64,000 bases of DNA from Bugula neritina (taxonomy: Eukaryota; Animalia; Bryozoa), in assembly GCA_964035545.1 (NCBI GenBank), contig OZ037765.1, positions 24,551,504-24,615,503 on the forward strand, written 5' to 3'. The notes under the pieces were generated by a model. That model worked only from the letters and a program-made list of their open reading frames with translations. It searched no databases and was not told where the DNA came from. Each line of letters opens with the position of its first letter. Position 1 is the first letter of the stretch. The translations under genes were made by a program, and so were the position numbers. Below, in pieces: positions 57,391 through 64,000 of the stretch.

Positions 57391-58329
57391 TACTAATACT
57401 AATAGTAATACTAATAGTAATACTAATGCCAATGGTAATTGATAATGATCATAATTATTTGTTAAATTTATCAACATTAGTTATTAGACTTCATTATTAG
57501 TTATTTACTTATTATTTATTACTATTAGTATTACAGTGAGTATTAATTGGTATTCTAATTCGGTATTTCAGTTTGTAGTACTAATACAGTGGTACTGTTT
57601 GTGTTGCCAACAGCAACTGTCTCTGACTCTCTCAGTTTAAGTCACACTCACTGTTACTGTTAGTGTTACACTTGGTGCTTACAGTGTTAGTGAGTCTCAT
57701 TATGGTTCTGGCAGTCAGAATCTCATGATCCTGGACATACTTATAAATTATAATTATACTTCGTTACAGTGATACTCATACTGAGTCTGATGATCATACT
57801 TATACTGATTCTCCTGATGATAGTCACAGTAATATTCATACTCATTATGATTAAGTGATTATTATTATGAGTATGCTTCATAGTCGTACTCAACCTGATA
57901 CTTGATAGGCGTGTTCATAATCCTAATGATGGTCATCACTATGACTATGAGCCATCAAATATTAGCTCTCAGTTTCAATCTTTCCTCAAAATTGGCTTAT
58001 TAAAGTACTAATAGTAATATTTGTGCAACTACCTAAATATCTCCTAGAAAACTTTAAGGAATAGTCTTGCCTTTATCCAACAGTCAAACTGTCAGATTGT
58101 TCCAGGTAGTTAGGTCAAAAAAATGAACTTTTAGGTGGGCACAACTCTTAATAATAAATTGAGAATCATAGATATAGGAAAAATGTCTGTTGGCTAATTT
58201 GAAAATTTAGATGGATTTGCAAACTATGTTACTGATATTATTTGTTTACTAACATTACAAATAATTAGCGGTTATATTTGAAGACAGAAAATTTTGTTGT
58301 TGACAGGGTCATAATGTGAAGCAAATCAC

Positions 58330-59049
58330 ATGGAGACAGTCAGCTTGCTGATCATCTTTGGTGGATTGCTGGCTCTACTGATAGTATTTTTTATATCTAG
58401 CAAGCTTCAGCCAGTCGGCTCCATTACCCAACACAAGTCTGTGGTAATTGTAACAGCTCACCCTGACGATGAGTGTATGTTCTTCGGACCTACAATAGTC
58501 AATCTTATACATCAGAATATTGAAGTTCATGTCCTTTGTTTGTCAACAGGAAACTTTTATGGAGAAGGAAAAACACGAGTCAAAGAACTTTATGCTAGTT
58601 GTAAAGCCTTAGGTGTAGATACTAACAAATGTAGCACAATTGATGATACTAGTCTAGCTGATGGAGACACTATATGGAGCAAAACTCAAATACAGTATTA
58701 TGTAGCTGAATACGTTCAATCTCATAATATCTCAGCAGTGGTAACATTTGATGAAGGGGGTGTAAGTGGTCACCCCAACCATATAAGTATTCCAGTGGCT
58801 TTAAGTAATAGTCTTCCAAATTTGACTTTATATAAGCTCACATCTGTCAATATATTCAGAAAATACATTTCGATTTTTGATATAATAATTGCACTTATCT
58901 TAGGAGAGGAGATATGTTGGCCACCTTGGCAGTTATTGACAGCTCCATTTGTAGCAATGGCCAAACATAAAAGCCAGCTCATGTGGTTTAGATATTTGTA
59001 TATGATATTTTCTAGGTACATGATATTTAATACTTTCCAACAGTTTTAG
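58330..59049 (+). CDS. PIGL: N-acetylglucosaminyl-PI de-N-acetylase (single coding exon)
   Basis: N-terminal TM segment, AHPDDECMFFGP, TFDEGGVSGHPNH, HKSQLMWFRYLY. Confidence 0.95.
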   Translation: METVSLLIIFGGLLALLIVFFISSKLQPVGSITQHKSVVIVTAHPDDECMFFGPTIVNLIHQNIEVHVLCLSTGNFYGEGKTRVKELYASCKALGVDTNKCSTIDDTSLADGDTIWSKTQIQYYVAEYVQSHNISAVVTFDEGGVSGHPNHISIPVALSNSLPNLTLYKLTSVNIFRKYISIFDIIIALILGEEICWPPWQLLTAPFVAMAKHKSQLMWFRYLYMIFSRYMIFNTFQQF

Positions 59050-59488
59050 CTAAAGTAATACTTTGCAGCAGTTGGGTCTACAGTATTGTTGAGACATGTA
59101 TTCTAAATAATTAACATAATCCAATTGTTTTGTGTAGTATTTTTGTTGTTTTTTATATCGTTTAATTCTTGTGTGTATGAAACTTTACTAGATTTTATCA
59201 TTTATCTGCTCTTGGCATTAAATGCTATAACAGATTTGCATTAATAAATAATTCATCAAGTATTGAATGTAATGTTATTGGTTGCTAATGTGCCTCACAA
59301 TTCTATTGTAATCCTTATAATAGAATATTGTTGAAGTGTTGTTTTATAGGCATTGTGTACAGCACAATTGTCCTAAGACCTCAATTATAAGTTATAATAA
59401 TATTTTCTAAGTGGCAGCTGTGTGCCTAATAAACACTCGTAAGAAGTTAGGTAATCCTGTTGCATGGCTGTAGACCTCAACTTCAATC

Positions 59489-62400
59489 ATGGTGATGCAA
59501 GGGCTGATGAAGATATTTTTATTCATTTTTAATGTTGTCTTTGTTGTAAGTATAGCATATGTGATTCAATCGGTATGATTTAGATAACTGGAGTTATTTC
59601 CTGTGTTGTTACCGCCAGGAAATTGATTATCTTTTTTGGAATGTTTCTTTTAGCTCTCTTTAAATTTGTCTGATAATATATATACAATAATTTCTAATTA
59701 ATTTGGACATTTATGGTGTAACAAGTTAGAACAAGAATGTAAAACTGGTTCAGGTATTCAAAACTTCAAACTAGTTTAAAAATAAAAGTATGCTATACTA
59801 TATTAAATAAATAGTTAAAATTTACTTGATGTACTTTGGTGAGTTCCATTCTTTATTCAAAAGTACGTTATGTCGCTCAACAATCTTTCTAGGTCTAACA
59901 TTAGTTATATACTACACTGCACAATGACTTTCTTATAAAGTTTATAAATTATAGAGAGTATGTTGATATCCTAGAATTGGTTGTGGGGTCTCTTCAGATG
60001 TGGGTGATTATGGAGAGATTGAGAAAGCCTGTGTTCTAGGTTAGAAATATAGCAATAAAGTTGCAGTTCTAGTGGGACCTTCAACCTGCTGTAAAATCAT
60101 AATTTTTTACAAAGAAAATTGAAGAACTTGGGCTCTTGAAGTTTTTCCACTGCTGCACCTAATTGTCTCTGCAGCTGTGAGTAGTCCATGGGCATGTAAG
60201 TAAAAATATAATATTGTTATGAACTATTACTTAGATAATCGGGGTGACAACTCTAGCTATTGGCATATGGGTTAAAGTGGATAAAAAGCATCTGTTGGAG
60301 TTAACCAAAAATGTCAGTGGCACAGATCTCAATGAAACCGACGTTCCATCACTGTTGGACAATGTTGTGACAGCGCTCATAGTTATAGGAGCATTTCTTT
60401 TTGGTTTGTCATTTTTCGGTTGCTGCGGAACACTGAACAATAAAAATAAGCTAGGGAAACTATTTCTCAAACTAGTAAGTATAAATTTTCATAAATAGGC
60501 AATAGCGTATGCTAACATGGCTTTGTGGCTGTTATGTTTAAACAATCTTTAGAGTATTCCCTGAATAATATCTGTAAGAATAATGTTTCAACTTTCAGTA
60601 AGCACTGCTCAAGTTAGTTTTTTATTTGTCCAACTTTGATTTAAATCATTTAAAAGGTTTAACATAGATTTAAATTTATGCATCCCACTACAAATTTATG
60701 GTTTGCAGTAAACCAAAATTCTTGGCAGCACCAGAACGTCCAAACCAAAAGTTGTTTTCTAATTATTCAAGGAATATTTTATTACAATCTCACTATAGGC
60801 CTATATAAAAATCTGTACATACTGTGAAGCAGTGCAGCTTCTCTTTGTTACTTCTAACCAACCTGCTATAAGGTTTTATTGAGACTTCTTGAAAAGTGAA
60901 CTATATTTTTTCTGTTATTATCCAAAATTGAGATCAAGTTGAACAAAACGGTTGAAAATTGCTGTCTACATCATAAATTAGCAAGTATTTATTAACTTTT
61001 AAATTTATAGTGGGTGCTATAAATATACGGATGCAATAAAATATTATAGTGTTTATTGTCCAATCACATAAATACGTGCTTTCTATAGTAATGCAGCATT
61101 CTATAGCAATTCATTATTTATATAGGCTATACACATTGAATGCTAGGTGTTTTGTAATATAAATTATAAGATCTCACCAAGGAATACCGTGTTGAATAAA
61201 TATGAAAGAAAACAAATTGTTTCACACCTTCACAAAAATATTGTGTAAAGTTTTAACCTCCTGAGTTGTTTTAGCAAAAAGCTAACTTTTGTTATATAAG
61301 AAAATTATGCTTTTCAGCAAATACTATTCTAGACAATTTAAAATGTGGTATTTGGAACTGTTTGCTCTAATTTGGGCTTTCTAATTCATGTCAAATTGTA
61401 TTTTTTTATATATAACAAGTTCTTTCAGCGTGGAATAAAAGTTATAGCAATTAATATCTATGCTTTGCTTGTTCAAAAATTTTGCTAAGTAAGATATTGC
61501 AGAATTATCTGAAGCTTCTCCAAATATTATTGTGGTTTACAATTTATTGCCATGAGATTGCAGACTTTTCTCGTTAGAAACAATATTGTGCTTGACTTTA
61601 GTGTACATTGTATATTTGAATGGATGTATGCAGAACTAACATTCTAATGCTTATATGTGACATATAGTTAATAGATCTTATATTCTAAATATTTGTATTA
61701 GGACTACAATTGACATATTCCTCTGTTTGTGAAATATTTCTAATAACATATTATATTATATTGAAAAGAATTTCTGCAATACGATGGTTCATTGCTGCAT
61801 GGGTGATGCAGTTGTAGGGAACACTGTTGTAGCATGCATATGTTTTATTTTGTAGCTTATTATACAAGCATATTGTATATTTCTACTGCATCATGAATTA
61901 TATATTAACTATAATTAATACATATCTTTCAATAACTCCTTCAGGTAATGTTTTCCTTGAATTTGAGAGCATCTTTTGGCTGTCGTTGCAAGAAACCTTT
62001 ATTATAAAACACTGTAAATTGTAGTACATAGTAAAAAAGTATAGTGCTATATAAACTTTATTTTTTGTTTATGTTTTAGTACTCCACGGTGGTTTTAATA
62101 TTGCTCATTTGTGAATTGGCTGGATTAACAGTTGCCTGGTTTTTCTTTGATAAACTAGACAATAAAATGATATTTTATTTGGACAATTCATTGAAAAATG
62201 TGTATAATGGAACCTTTGTACCTGGAGCTGATGATGTAGGATTTACCTACTCCTCTAGAGGGAGTGCCATTACTCTGGCTTGGGATATAGTTCAATTGCA
62301 GGTAATTGTTTTATTATAAAGCCAAGAAACAGGAATAAAAGTTTGAAATATTATCACTGACTAGTATTATTATGGTGAAACTCATTAGTTGTGATATTTT

Positions 62401-63342
62401 ATAAAGGAATTTGGTTTATATAATCAAGCTATATATTTTTGCTGTTGTCCAAGTGTGCAATGTACACACGCGAACACACACACACGCACACACACGCACA
62501 CACACGCACGCACACACACACACACAATAGTAACAGTTACACTGTACAATTGTTCACGCAGTACGACTGCTGTGGGAGAGCAGGTGGAGCAGACTATTCA
62601 AATGAGACTCTGCTGTGGCACTCATACAGAGATGTTCAACTGTCCTCTGGTGAAGTCAAAACTTTGGTTATTCCTCCAACTTGCTGCATTGTTGAAGGAG
62701 GCTCAAAGCAACTGATTTCTGATTTTAAAAAGACTGAAGACAGTACTGCCTCTGTGTTTACACTGGAAACCCCTGAATGCCCATACTCCTTGCCTGAGCC
62801 AGATTTTGATGTAAGAATTTTACTAATCTCTCAGCAGCTACATCATTTTATTTTCTGTTAAAACATTATTATAATTAGATCTAAAGGTCTGCAAAATATT
62901 CGCATTCAATGAGCAAATAGTGATGAATGTTTGTTTATAATTATGCACTGAGCCAACATTGAAAGATGAACAAAATTATTATTGTTCTGCTTTGTACAGG
63001 GTTGTTATGAAGAAATAAAAGACGCCATTAAGGACAACAGTGTTATTTTTATTGCTATTGGAAGTGCAACGTTGGGTGTTCAGGTAAAAGCTTGTAATGT
63101 ATATTACTTGTTAATTTTGCTCCCAGTTGACTAAATAGTTTATAACACTATAGACGTTAACTATAGTTTCCTAGCCTTTTAATGCTTTCTCTGATCACTT
63201 GCTTACCATGCAAAAACTGAACCAAGTCAATTTATTGTTGCAGCTTCTTTGTGTGCTCTTTTCCTTTTGCTTGGCCAAGAAAGATGACAGTCTAGTAGAC
63301 CAAACAGAAGTCTTGGAATTAGATGAAAAAACTTTAGATTAA
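59489..63342 (+). CDS. Tetraspanin with an enlarged large extracellular loop
   Basis: Exons 59489-59545, 60235-60474, 62080-62301, 62562-62810, 63000-63083, 63244-63342, all phase 0. Motifs KIFLFIFN, FFGCCG, CCG, PPTCC, GCY. Confidence 0.88.
62462..62527. repeat. (CA)n/(CACG) microsatellite
   Basis: Directly visible. Confidence 0.9.
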
Positions 63343-64000
63343 AAACAGTCAGCTTATATTACAAAGTGAATACATAGATATAATTTTAATAACAGGTCAA
63401 CTAATTTTTACAATTTTATCTTTGTATTTTGAATTTATTCCATGAACATAATATTATTATATTGATAAAACAAGCTATTATTTACTCATTGCATATTTAT
63501 ATTCATGTAGTAAGTCAAGAAAAGAATTTTAGCCAAGTTGATATTAAAAGATTATAAGTGAACATATGTTTTTATATGATCATGTGTGAATAAAAATATT
63601 TACATTCAAACACAAGTGCATTTACTGCTTCTAAACCATAATAATGTGGAGTTGAACAATTATGTTTGTAAAATCATCAATGCCATAAAATATAACAAAG
63701 CTATACTTATACAAATGTTAGGTCTAATGCCTAACTAGATTTGATTATCAAAATGTGATTTGTTAAAGAATTATTTTACCATCGATATTCAAAATGTATA
63801 GAGCTGTGAAATGTTTTTATGAAGCAAAAAATCAAACTACATATAAAAAGCAACTAACTTTAGACTCAGCTCAAAAGTAAATTCAATATCCGATTGCTTT
63901 TGGTGAAACTGCATTTCAGAAAAATAAAATCTTAAAGTAGTTTGTAGTTTGACTTTTCCACATATGTTAATGGATAGTAGAAAATTATGTAATGAATAAT

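Noticed and set aside
59998-60176. Exon-like block in tetraspanin intron 1
   Set aside because: In-frame stop codons; TM1 is already supplied by 59489-59545.

Overview
AT-rich, intron-containing metazoan (invertebrate-type) genomic DNA; the species cannot be identified from sequence alone. Seven host genes can be spliced by hand: a full-length but aberrant eEF2 copy (+, 8892-16577), V-ATPase V0 subunit a (+, 32842-41972), thiamin pyrophosphokinase (-), DTWD1 (+), GPS2 (-), PIG-L (+, single coding exon) and a tetraspanin (+). Between eEF2 and the V-ATPase gene is a transposon nest. A decayed Ty3/Gypsy element (tRNA-Leu PBS) has its 5' LTR split by a 2.9-kb TGTC...GACA element, a second copy of which lies inverted at 1-1863; a 2-kb foldback element with an 8-bp TSD follows. 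Best leads: (1) a spliced C2H2 zinc-finger/coiled-coil accessory gene at the env position of the Gypsy element; (2) an eEF2 paralog with an open frame but an altered switch I and diphthamide loop; (3) two clusters of apparently mutually exclusive V-ATPase exons, each with a visible intronic RNA stem; (4) degenerate A[CG]T-ATN periodic tracts beside every housekeeping-type promoter, one of which contains a perfect (AGC)535 run. All gene models and alignments were read by eye; identity values are rough estimates.
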